Assembly (NCBI GenBank): GCA_021803945.1
Contig: JAJZKW010000002.1
Coordinates: forward strand, 1,734-65,733
DNA: 64,000 bases
Reading direction: 5' to 3'
Source of the DNA: Candidatus Micrarchaeota archaeon
GTDB lineage: Archaea; Micrarchaeota; Micrarchaeia; Micrarchaeales; CABMGC01
The position numbers and the translations under genes are program-made. Position 1 is the stretch's first letter, and each line of letters opens with the position of its first letter. This document shows positions 26,218 to 34,190 of this stretch, piece after piece. The notes beneath the pieces were generated by a model. It was not told the origin of the DNA and did not search any database. It saw only the letters and a list, made by a program, of their open reading frames with translations.

Positions 26218-28374
26218 TCAGGCACGTCCAGCCGGCCCTTTGCCCTCTTCATCCGCCCCAACCACCTGCGAGATTATCTTTTTTGCCACGTCGCTGCCGA
26301 ACATCGCCCTGATGCGCTCCTGAGACTCCGGCTTCCTTATGTCGTATGCCTTCTTTATCCCGTTGTTGTACATCATCCTCGCCCTCACCCTTCCCACCTG
26401 CTCCAGCCTTATAAGGTCCATAAGCTCTTTCCTTATCCCATACTTTATCCTTATCCTCATCTCAAGAAGCTTCACAGGGTTGAACCTCGAGAGCTTTGCG
26501 AGCTCCATGCTGGCATAGAGCAGCCAGTCCGCATTCGTGACCTTGGTGAAGAGCGCACCAGGCGTCGTCCTGTAGTCCTTCATGACCTCCCTCTCCACCT
26601 TCTCGCTTATCCAGTCGTTGAGCATGAGTGCAGTGCTGAACGGTTTCACCGGGTCGTAGAACATGAAATCGTTGTCATCGTACCTGGCAATGCTGTTGTC
26701 AGCAAGAGACTGGTACTCGAAATACCTCTCCTCAGCCTCCGGAGTGGCCCTGACATACGGTCTCATCTCCATTGTGTTGCACACCATGAAGAGTATGGAC
26801 AGATCGTCCGTAAGCCTCGGTATCGAATCTATGATCCATTTTGCCGAAAGCGGGTCTATATAGAGCTCGCTTACCCTGTGCCCTATCCTGGTGGCGTTGT
26901 ATATGCTTCCCTTCGATTCGATAAAACCCCAGTCACCGAGCTCCTTCAGCACCTCCCGTACTATCTGCTTCAGCCGCGTCTGGTCTGAATACTGGTATCC
27001 GTAGAACGTGCTGGCCATGAAGTCTGCTATCGACTCTTCGCTAGTCAGGAACCTCGTCGCCACGAATGCGAGTATATGCGTCCTGAGTATTGGCAGGACT
27101 CCCAGCTTCGACGTTATGGGGTCAAGGTCCGAGAGTATGTACCTGTTGTACAGGTCCTGCGCATCAGACTTGGATTTCGCTATCAGCAGCGCCCTGCCCT
27201 CAGTGTCGTACTTGGGCCTGCCGGCTCGGCCGAAGAGCTGGGTCACCTCATTTATCCCTATGTATTCGCTGCCTGAGCTCCCGCTGTACCTTGTTATGTC
27301 CCTCACAAGCACCGTATGTGCCGGAAGGTTTATCCCCAGGCTCAATGTCGTTGTCGAGCATATGGCCTTGAGCATGTTCTCCCTGAACGCCTCCTCGACC
27401 ATCACCCTCTGCTCGTTGACAAGCCCGCTGTGGTGGAATGCAACACCGCTCAGTATGCATTTGGCGAGCTTTTCGCACTGCATTGTAGGCCTGCCGAGGA
27501 CTCCGAGTATGCGGTCGCTCAATTCCTTCAAGCGCTCCTTCTCCCCTTCGGTGATGTACTTGGACACCATTCCAGAGAGCTTCTCGGATCCTGCCTCCGC
27601 ATTCCTCTTCGTACTGTAAAATATCATTATCTGCTTCTTCCTCTTCAGCGTGTCTTCTGCGACCCTTATCTCCGGTATCCTGTTCGTGCTCTGCATGGCC
27701 TCCTCGCGCCCTCCCTCGTACATCGCATTGCCGTTTACCTCTATCCCCCTCTCCAGGACGACAGGCCTGTAATCGCTCTCTATAAGCTCCGCCCCCATCC
27801 ACCCGGATAGCTCCTTCGTGTTCCCCACAGTCGCGCTCAGCGCGATCAGCTGCGCGCCTGCGCACATCCTCTCGAGCTTCGATATGAGTATCTCAAGCGT
27901 AGGGCCCCTCCCCTGCTCATCAAGCATGTGCACCTCGTCTATAACTATGCATCCTATGCTCTCCATCCAGGAAATCCCGTGCCTTATCAGGCTGTCGAAC
28001 TTCTCCGTCGATGCGAATACTATGTCATAGTCCTCAAGCCACCTGTCCAGGGAATCGAGGTCGCCTATGGACATCGCCACCTTCAGGTAAGGGTAGTCCT
28101 TCCTGAAGTCGTTGTATTTCTCCCTGACAAGCGCCCTCATTGGAGCTATGTAGACGGCCTTCTTCCTGTCCCATATAACAGATTTGAGCATAGCGATCTC
28201 TGCTATGAGCGTCTTTCCGCTTGCTGTTGGCGCTGCGACAACAAAGTTGTTCCCTCCCGCCAACCCTGATTCCACAGCGAGCTCCTGCGGCGGAGTGAGC
28301 TTTGATATCCCTCTTCTGTCGAGGGATTCGACTACCTCCTTGGGCACCTTCCCTACCAAATCTTTTATATACAT
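26218..28374 (-). CDS. hel308: Ski2-like DNA helicase Hel308
   Basis: 718 aa with Walker A APTASGKT, DEVH, SAT and GRAGRP, plus C-terminal winged-helix, ratchet and HhH-like domains. Confidence 0.9.
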   Translation of the reverse strand: MYIKDLVGKVPKEVVESLDRRGISKLTPPQELAVESGLAGGNNFVVAAPTASGKTLIAEIAMLKSVIWDRKKAVYIAPMRALVREKYNDFRKDYPYLKVAMSIGDLDSLDRWLEDYDIVFASTEKFDSLIRHGISWMESIGCIVIDEVHMLDEQGRGPTLEILISKLERMCAGAQLIALSATVGNTKELSGWMGAELIESDYRPVVLERGIEVNGNAMYEGGREEAMQSTNRIPEIRVAEDTLKRKKQIMIFYSTKRNAEAGSEKLSGMVSKYITEGEKERLKELSDRILGVLGRPTMQCEKLAKCILSGVAFHHSGLVNEQRVMVEEAFRENMLKAICSTTTLSLGINLPAHTVLVRDITRYSGSSGSEYIGINEVTQLFGRAGRPKYDTEGRALLIAKSKSDAQDLYNRYILSDLDPITSKLGVLPILRTHILAFVATRFLTSEESIADFMASTFYGYQYSDQTRLKQIVREVLKELGDWGFIESKGSIYNATRIGHRVSELYIDPLSAKWIIDSIPRLTDDLSILFMVCNTMEMRPYVRATPEAEERYFEYQSLADNSIARYDDNDFMFYDPVKPFSTALMLNDWISEKVEREVMKDYRTTPGALFTKVTNADWLLYASMELAKLSRFNPVKLLEMRIRIKYGIRKELMDLIRLEQVGRVRARMMYNNGIKKAYDIRKPESQERIRAMFGSDVAKKIISQVVGADEEGKGPAGRA

Positions 28375-28507
28375 AAAAATCTGCGTATCTGCGTAGTGGG
28401 ATTTGGGGAATATATTTAAAAGAGTATTCCCGCTATTATTACGAGTAATATAAATTGAAAGTTATAAACGCTATGGGTTTTGGTTAAACAACCAGGTTCT
28501 CGATAGA

Positions 28508-28945
28508 ATGACTACACTCTTGACACAAAACGCGAAAATGAGACCAAGGAAGATGGAAGTGCAGGTTTCTTATCCTAAGGATAAGGAAATGGACAGGATT
28601 GTAGGGTTGCATGTATTCGGTAACCTGTATGACCTGGACCCCAAGCTTGCCACGGACATTGAGTACCTCAAGGCCGTGGTACTCAAGGCAGTCGAGATTG
28701 CAAAGATGACGCTAGTTGAGCAGAAGGCATGGCAGTTCGGAGGCAAGAAAGGAGGCGTATCAGTAATCGCCCTTGTCACAGAGAGCCACTTCGCGCTGCA
28801 CACCTGGAACGAGTACAAGTACGCTTCAATCGACATATACACCTGCGGGGAGCACTCAGATCCGCATGCGGCATTCAATTACGTTATACAGGCCCTGAAG
28901 CCGAAGAGGCACCAGGTATTCTACGCCAACAGGAGCAGCGAATAA
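28508..28945 (+). CDS. speH: S-adenosylmethionine decarboxylase proenzyme (class 1b)
   Basis: Self-processing site [11 protein letters not shown] (E-S cleavage) and IDIYTCG. Later in-frame ATGs (for example 28589) are possible starts. Confidence 0.85.
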   Translation: MTTLLTQNAKMRPRKMEVQVSYPKDKEMDRIVGLHVFGNLYDLDPKLATDIEYLKAVVLKAVEIAKMTLVEQKAWQFGGKKGGVSVIALVTESHFALHTWNEYKYASIDIYTCGEHSDPHAAFNYVIQALKPKRHQVFYANRSSE

Positions 28946-29149
28946 ACACCAGGAACATTCTCTCTCTTTATGAAGCACCAGAGCCAGCTTCGGAGCCTAT
29001 GTGATTCGATTTTCCATATCAATACCGCGAATCGAACAGAAGAACCCTTTTGAAGACTTTATGGGTTTAGAACAAGCGCAGTTGCATAGAAGGACTCCTC
29101 CCGGCACGCTTTTAAGCGGACAAAATAACAAGCGCCCATGTGATTATTG

Positions 29150-29215
29150 GGCAAAATAATAGGTTTTATATATCAGGAAAAGCAATAAAAATGCTGTGAA
29201 TTCTATGTCAAAAAC
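29150..29215 (+). promoter_or_regulatory. Promoter/5' block, copy A (GGCAAAA..TTTTATATA.CAG.AAAAGC....A.AATGC.GTGAATT.TATGTCAAAA)
   Basis: Aligns by eye to 29750..29816 with scattered mismatches. The TATA-like TTTTATATAT lies about 37 nt upstream of ATG 29205. Confidence 0.55.
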
Positions 29216-29684
29216 CAAAGGCCAAGAAGGACAGGGAGTTACTGCAAAGGAATCACGTACATTAGCCGATTTAATTAGGAGTGCTAGTAATACTTTAAAC
29301 GAAAGGACAGCTACACTTAAAGCTACTACTGGGCTTCTCCATGATGCTTTAAAAGAAGAGACAGCTACACTTAAAGCTACTACTGAGCTTCTCCAAGCTA
29401 CCACAGCTAGACTTAGAGATACGTATAGACGCAGCATAGAATCAAGGTACCCAGGGCTTGTCAAGGACTGGCAAGAAGAGTTAGATCGTACTTATAGAGC
29501 ATATGGGATACCACTATTAGAATCAGATCATCCAATTAGACAGGCAATTATCGAGCTAATTCCCGATCACATAAACTTACCCAATGTAGTTAGACTTAGC
29601 AATGCTTACCAGTGCTCGCCATCCGGATCAACGCCGCTCGAATCTTTGGAAAAGGAATTAGCCTCCATAATGAGCGGAGACTGA
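29205..29684 (+). CDS. Orphan protein, paralog A (coiled-coil N-terminus plus shared C-terminal domain)
   Basis: ORF with its own TATA box. It shares [YF]P..V..WQ.ELD....G.PLLE..HP.R.A...L.P.H....NV.RL.NA....P.GSTPL.SLEKE.ASI with 29806..30270. I recognise no family. Confidence 0.55.
   Translation: MSKTKGQEGQGVTAKESRTLADLIRSASNTLNERTATLKATTGLLHDALKEETATLKATTELLQATTARLRDTYRRSIESRYPGLVKDWQEELDRTYRAYGIPLLESDHPIRQAIIELIPDHINLPNVVRLSNAYQCSPSGSTPLESLEKELASIMSGD
29306..29395 (+). repeat. In-frame 54-nt tandem duplication inside paralog A
   Basis: GACAGCTACACTTAAAGCTACTACTG(G/A)GCTTCTCCA occurs at 29306..29341 and 29360..29395 (36 nt, 1 mismatch), encoding TATLKATT(G/E)LL twice. Confidence 0.9.
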
Positions 29685-29749
29685 AAAGAAAAGTTAAGAA
29701 ATATCACGACGATACAAAGCAAAGGCAAACCCTCTCCTTCGCGGTAATC

Positions 29750-29816
29750 GGCAAAAATAGGTAGTTTTATATACCAGAAAAAGCGTTGAGAATGCAGTGA
29801 ATTGTATGTCAAAAGA
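29750..29816 (+). promoter_or_regulatory. Promoter/5' block, copy B
   Basis: See copy A. The block starts exactly 600 nt downstream of copy A. Confidence 0.55.
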
Positions 29817-30270
29817 AAAGACTTTAAACGAAGGGATAGCCAGCCCCAAGGCGAATACAGATGCTTGGGACAAGCTCAAGGAGGTAGTGAGATACGGCAT
29901 AGAACTCACGTTTCCAAAGCGTGTAAGCCACTGGCAAAAGGAGCTTGACAACTTTCTCAGCGCATGCGGTATGCCGCTATTAGAACAGGGTCATCCGGTC
30001 AGGAAGGCAGTCACCATGCTGGTCCCAGGGCACGAAAGCGTTGCAAACGTGATCAGGCTTGCCAATGCTTTCTTTAGCCCTCCGCGGGGTTCAACGCCGC
30101 TCAAATCTTTGGAAAAGGAATCAGCTTCAATAAGGGAAGAGTCTGACAGGATTCGTCATACGGATCCAGATTGGGTGCTCTTTTCCGGATTAAGCAGGAG
30201 CCCCGATAGCATCCTGAGCCCAGATGAAATAGATCTTATACGAAGATCCTCATCCCAAGTGGACGAATAG
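29806..30270 (+). CDS. Orphan protein, paralog B
   Basis: 154-aa ORF from ATG 29806. It carries the shared C-terminal domain with paralog A plus a unique acidic/Ser-rich tail. Confidence 0.55.
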   Translation: MSKEKTLNEGIASPKANTDAWDKLKEVVRYGIELTFPKRVSHWQKELDNFLSACGMPLLEQGHPVRKAVTMLVPGHESVANVIRLANAFFSPPRGSTPLKSLEKESASIREESDRIRHTDPDWVLFSGLSRSPDSILSPDEIDLIRRSSSQVDE

Positions 30271-30320
30271 TCTTACACCTGCGACATTATCCAATCCAGA
30301 GACCCAGGGAAGGCACATCG

Positions 30321-31631
30321 TCATTCGAACAGCCGCACTCTTGGAACGCTCTTGTACTTTAATTCTACAATCGTGCTATATACCAAGAGCAGCGCAAGTA
30401 TCAGTATGACGCCTAGAGCGAGCACAGCCCTTGGCAGTCCGAAGAGGAAGACCAGGCATCCGGCAATGGCTATGACTGAGAGATACGGATAATATGGCAG
30501 CATGAAGCTGCCATGCTTCTGTCTCCTCCTCATGTTTATCAGCGCGAAGCATGCCATTATCCAAGAGAAGATTATGCCGAAGTTGCTGATGGACAGTATC
30601 GTATATATGTTGCCTGAAAAGAGCATCACTATTTCCACTACTGCTGATATCCATATGCCATTTACTGCAACTCCAGTGTCTTTGTTGAAGGCTCGCGTTA
30701 TCTGCGGAAGCAGACCGTCACTCCCTATCTGGTAAATGAGCCTTGAAGCCGTGAATATCAATGTAAGGGTAGCAGTCGCTATCGCCACCAATATCCCAAT
30801 ATCTATAAGAATGGATATGCCTTGGGGAGCGTGAACATAGTTCAGCGCAGTGCTCAGCGGCTGCGAATTAAGGTCCAGGCTGTAATTTGGTACGAGCAGC
30901 ATTACACCAATGGTAATCAATACGAATGCAACCATGCTTATGAAGATCGAGTAGATCATGGCCTTGCCAGTTCCGACTCCCTTTCCGCGCACGTTATCCG
31001 TCAACCCCGTAAGCACTTGGAATCCTGCATATGCAAACACTATGGTGGTAATCGCCTCTGTGAAATCAGAGACTGGGGCGCTCGAGGCGATTGCATGGAA
31101 TGCGGCAGGGCCTCCCTGCGCTACGTGCAGCAATGCAAACGCCACAAAGAGCGATACCGTAAACAGTATGATGAGGATAAGGCTTTGGTTCAGCTTAGCA
31201 GTTTCCGTTATCCCGCGCATGTTCAACAGCGACAGAGATATTATCAGCAACGCGGCTATGGCTATCTGGTATGCCGGGCTAACAGCAATCCCGAGCACCG
31301 AAAGGAAGTATCCTGCGAAGCCGAACGAAACAGCAGATATTGTAGTGCAGTACCCGAAATACAGCAGTATCCCGGTAACGAATCCAAGCTCAGTCCCAAA
31401 TGCCCTGCTGGCATACGAGTATGCTACTCCCTTAGCCTTAGGCATCATGGAGCTGAGCTCGCCGAGGTTACCCGCGACAAGCATGGCAACAATACCGACC
31501 ACTACGTATCCGAGCAGCGAGAAGACGCCGTCCTGCGCTATCGGTATGCCTGTTACTACGAACAGCGTGTCCCCTATTATTGCGCCCAGGCATATGGCAA
31601 CAGCTGTCTTCATATCTATTTTGTAGGACAA
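30321..31631 (-). CDS. APC-superfamily amino acid / polyamine permease
   Basis: 436 aa with about 12 TM helices and N-terminal GAIIGDTLFVVTG, typical of amino-acid permeases. Confidence 0.85.
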   Translation of the reverse strand: MSYKIDMKTAVAICLGAIIGDTLFVVTGIPIAQDGVFSLLGYVVVGIVAMLVAGNLGELSSMMPKAKGVAYSYASRAFGTELGFVTGILLYFGYCTTISAVSFGFAGYFLSVLGIAVSPAYQIAIAALLIISLSLLNMRGITETAKLNQSLILIILFTVSLFVAFALLHVAQGGPAAFHAIASSAPVSDFTEAITTIVFAYAGFQVLTGLTDNVRGKGVGTGKAMIYSIFISMVAFVLITIGVMLLVPNYSLDLNSQPLSTALNYVHAPQGISILIDIGILVAIATATLTLIFTASRLIYQIGSDGLLPQITRAFNKDTGVAVNGIWISAVVEIVMLFSGNIYTILSISNFGIIFSWIMACFALINMRRRQKHGSFMLPYYPYLSVIAIAGCLVFLFGLPRAVLALGVILILALLLVYSTIVELKYKSVPRVRLFE

Positions 31632-31696
31632 TCGCCATCCCGATTAAATATGCTACTTACTAATTTAAATCTATACGCGCATAAAAGTTAGACTGT

Positions 31697-31768
31697 GCCC
31701 TAGTAGCTCAGTGGTAGAGCGCTTGTTTTGTAAACAAGAAGTCGGGGGTTCGATCCCCTCCTAGGGCT
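31697..31768 (+). tRNA. tRNA-Thr (anticodon UGU)
   Basis: Manual cloverleaf: acceptor GCCCTAG/CTAGGGC (perfect). D, anticodon-stem and T arms are identical to the tRNA at 10453. Anticodon loop TTTGTAA. Confidence 0.92.
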
Positions 31769-31958
31769 TCGCCATTTTTGGGAAAGCCCTTATACGATAC
31801 CATAAATATTTATCTAACTTTAATTATTAATGAGGGTTTTATATGAATTGCTTACGTTCAGCGCGTTCTAAAGCTAGGACAATGTTAGAAAACGGCTTAT
31901 GGATTTTAAAACGCTTGCATAGCGAAAAGATTTTAATACCATAATTAGATATAGCTTC

Positions 31959-32366
31959 ATGGTTGATGCACAACAAATGGAAACCACGACTTCGCAACCT
32001 CAAACTAAAGGCATGGAGAAAAGAGAGCGTGGTACATTACTGACCATCTGGTTAGGGATTATGTTCCTTGCGACGTTGGTTGTTTCTATAACATATCTAT
32101 TCTTTAATTCATTTATCACAAAAGCACTTCCAAATATTTCAACTTCGATAATCTATGTGCTTGGTGCTTTGTCAGTTATCCAGCTAATTTCTATATACTT
32201 CATCTTCAAGTGGAAAAAAATAGGGTTTTATGGTGTTTTAGGACCTGCAGCCATAAGTTTTGTCATAAATGTACTTTATTTAGGGTTTTCATCTGCGATA
32301 CGTGGGCTTCTCGGCCTGATGATATTATACTTACTGGTTAGGAATAAATGGAATTTGTTCGAATAA
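31959..32366 (+). CDS. Small integral membrane protein, hypothetical
   Basis: 135 aa with 3-4 predicted TM helices, in the AT-rich islet. Confidence 0.45.
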   Translation: MVDAQQMETTTSQPQTKGMEKRERGTLLTIWLGIMFLATLVVSITYLFFNSFITKALPNISTSIIYVLGALSVIQLISIYFIFKWKKIGFYGVLGPAAISFVINVLYLGFSSAIRGLLGLMILYLLVRNKWNLFE

Positions 32367-32367
32367 A

Positions 32368-32553
32368 TCAGGTAGCTTTAGGTGGGCTCGAGGAGAATAG
32401 AACTCTAACCTCTGTCATGGAATTTACGTAGGGATATATAAGAGTTCCAAAGGTCCTCTTTTCTAACACTATCTTAGGCCTCGCCGCCTCTGCATTGAGA
32501 TATTTGTATACTTCTTCTGCTTCTGAAGAAAAGATAACTCGGACGGGTTTCAT
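32368..32553 (-). CDS. Small ORF with RelE/ParE-like N-terminus, possibly truncated
   Basis: 61 aa. The ATGA overlap with the upstream wHTH gene suggests coupling. VRVIFSSEAEEVYKYLNAEAA resembles the first strand and helix of RelE/ParE toxins, but the conserved C-terminal half is absent. Confidence 0.3.
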   Translation of the reverse strand: MKPVRVIFSSEAEEVYKYLNAEAARPKIVLEKRTFGTLIYPYVNSMTEVRVLFSSSPPKAT

Positions 32554-32831
32554 ATTTCCATCCCCTTTGCTATTGCTTGCCTAAGGTTTGCGCTGGTATT
32601 GTGTATCCAAGTTATCCCCTTAAGGGTCACTACTATTTTATTGCTCTTTTCAAGGTATTCGAGAATAGTCATCAATGTATAATGATTAACCTGTTTTGGC
32701 AGATTTCTCTTAATTTCTGGTATAGTTATTATAGAGTTCTTCGAATTTTTTATAACCTCTTCAACCATAATAACTGTATTTAATGTTGGGGATGACCTCT
32801 GCATAGTTATCGTTTTTGGCATATCAATCAA
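32550..32831 (-). CDS. Small winged-helix-like DNA-binding protein, hypothetical
   Basis: 93 aa. ITIPEIKRNLPKQVNHYTLMTILEYLEKSNKIVV has a wHTH-like pattern. It is the first gene of a two-ORF overlapping pair. Confidence 0.45.
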   Translation of the reverse strand: MIDMPKTITMQRSSPTLNTVIMVEEVIKNSKNSIITIPEIKRNLPKQVNHYTLMTILEYLEKSNKIVVTLKGITWIHNTSANLRQAIAKGMEI

Positions 32832-32980
32832 CTTTATTTATCAGCCAATAATAATTATATACTAATAGATATATAAATCCTGTGGTCTACGTAGTAAATA
32901 AGCGGAAGAAAACACCCACATTGCTTAAATAGCCAAGTCTGGCGAAACGTATACAACGACATATCGAAGAGAAAATCCCG

Positions 32981-33481
32981 CTATTTCGATAGCCGGACGT
33001 ATATCCTCCGATACTGCAGTAACACTGCCGCAACCAGAATCACAGCAGTTGCAATGTATAAGTATAGAAAAGGGGAAACCGTGCTGCTATACATGCTATA
33101 ACCTATTGAAACTGTCAGAAGAAGCCCCATTAAGCCCATCACGGCAAGGACCAACGAGTGCACAGTAAATATCATGCTGAACGCCATACTCTGTTTATTG
33201 CCTGCGTTCTTCTGCTGACCTATGCGGTAGAATATCGAGGGAAGGTTAATTAGATAAGGGTACTTTTCAAATAGTGTATACCTATAGTGGATCACCAAGA
33301 GGAATATCGCCGAAACGCAGGTGAATACAAAAGGGACTATTAAGAGCCTGACCTTGTTACCTAAAAGCCCGAAATAATAAATCGCTATAATCCAGGCAAA
33401 CAGGTTAAAAAGCAATCCAATAACGATAAGCGCCCTAGCTCCTCTTTCCAGCCCATACCTCTTAAGTTTTCTTCCTGCCAT
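32981..33481 (-). CDS. Integral membrane protein, hypothetical
   Basis: 166 aa with 4 TM helices. No family recognised. Confidence 0.5.
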   Translation of the reverse strand: MAGRKLKRYGLERGARALIVIGLLFNLFAWIIAIYYFGLLGNKVRLLIVPFVFTCVSAIFLLVIHYRYTLFEKYPYLINLPSIFYRIGQQKNAGNKQSMAFSMIFTVHSLVLAVMGLMGLLLTVSIGYSMYSSTVSPFLYLYIATAVILVAAVLLQYRRIYVRLSK

Positions 33482-33703
33482 AGAAAATACACTCGATCAA
33501 GATACTTATGCCTTGTGCCGGAGCAAACTGATCACAGCTCCGCCCAAGCATATCTGCATGTTAATGCGGACATAAAGGAAAATCAGGCATTCTTCCAAGG
33601 ATTCCAATAAAGGCGATGGCCCTTATGGCCCCCACGCGTAGCTGTCCAACGCAGCACGAGAAGGTATATATACCAGGCAAGCTCTAAAAATTCCGGTGAT
33701 AAA

Positions 33704-34150
33704 GTGGCATCGGCAAGACATGCAGAACCAAAAGTCGCGTATAAAGTCCAGACATACGTGGAATACCTCTATCCTGGGGTACTCGCAAGCGAGATTTCGG
33801 CAAGTCCTGTTGCAACCCGCAACATAGCCAAGACCGCGCTGGCTCTGCCAGAAGACGCATATGGGTTCAGGTTTTTTGATAGGACAGAGGCGACTGTCAA
33901 TGGAGAAGAGCTCTTAGGAAAGCCAAAGAATTTCTCCCCCACATATTATCCAGGAGGCAAAATATACACCCTTGAGCAGGTAGAAAAGGGAGACCTAAAG
34001 ACCCCACGATGCGATATTCTTCTAGGAAACATGATAAGAAACAACTTTCCTAGGGTTGTTGAGACAAGAACTGGCAATGTCTATCCTGTTTCCGAAGGCG
34101 ACCAAATAATAGACCTAGACGCTTCCGCAAGAAGTGCAGCAAGGGATTAA
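33704..34150 (+). CDS. Hypothetical soluble protein
   Basis: 148-aa ORF with GTG start 36 nt downstream of GTATATATACCAGG, a TATA-like box. No recognisable motif. Confidence 0.4.
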   Translation: MASARHAEPKVAYKVQTYVEYLYPGVLASEISASPVATRNIAKTALALPEDAYGFRFFDRTEATVNGEELLGKPKNFSPTYYPGGKIYTLEQVEKGDLKTPRCDILLGNMIRNNFPRVVETRTGNVYPVSEGDQIIDLDASARSAARD

Positions 34151-34190
34151 CTGGATTCGGCGCTGTTTACGGATTACAAAAGATCTGCTG

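Noticed and set aside
26170-26988. Long ORFs antisense to strongly conserved genes. Examples are 26170..26988 opposite hel308, 30822..31691 opposite the APC permease, 14375..15298 opposite sufD, 36467..37258 opposite the symporter, 47450..48286 opposite ileS and 57027..57626 opposite smc.
   Set aside because: Each lies wholly inside a gene with clear family motifs on the other strand. Their translations are low-complexity (R/S/P/L-rich) with no motifs. They are typical shadow ORFs.
29004-29040. Stem-loop GATTCG-N19-CGAATC downstream of speH as a possible terminator or small RNA.
   Set aside because: The stem is only 6 bp and the loop is large. Archaeal termination mainly relies on T-tracts rather than hairpins, so support is insufficient.
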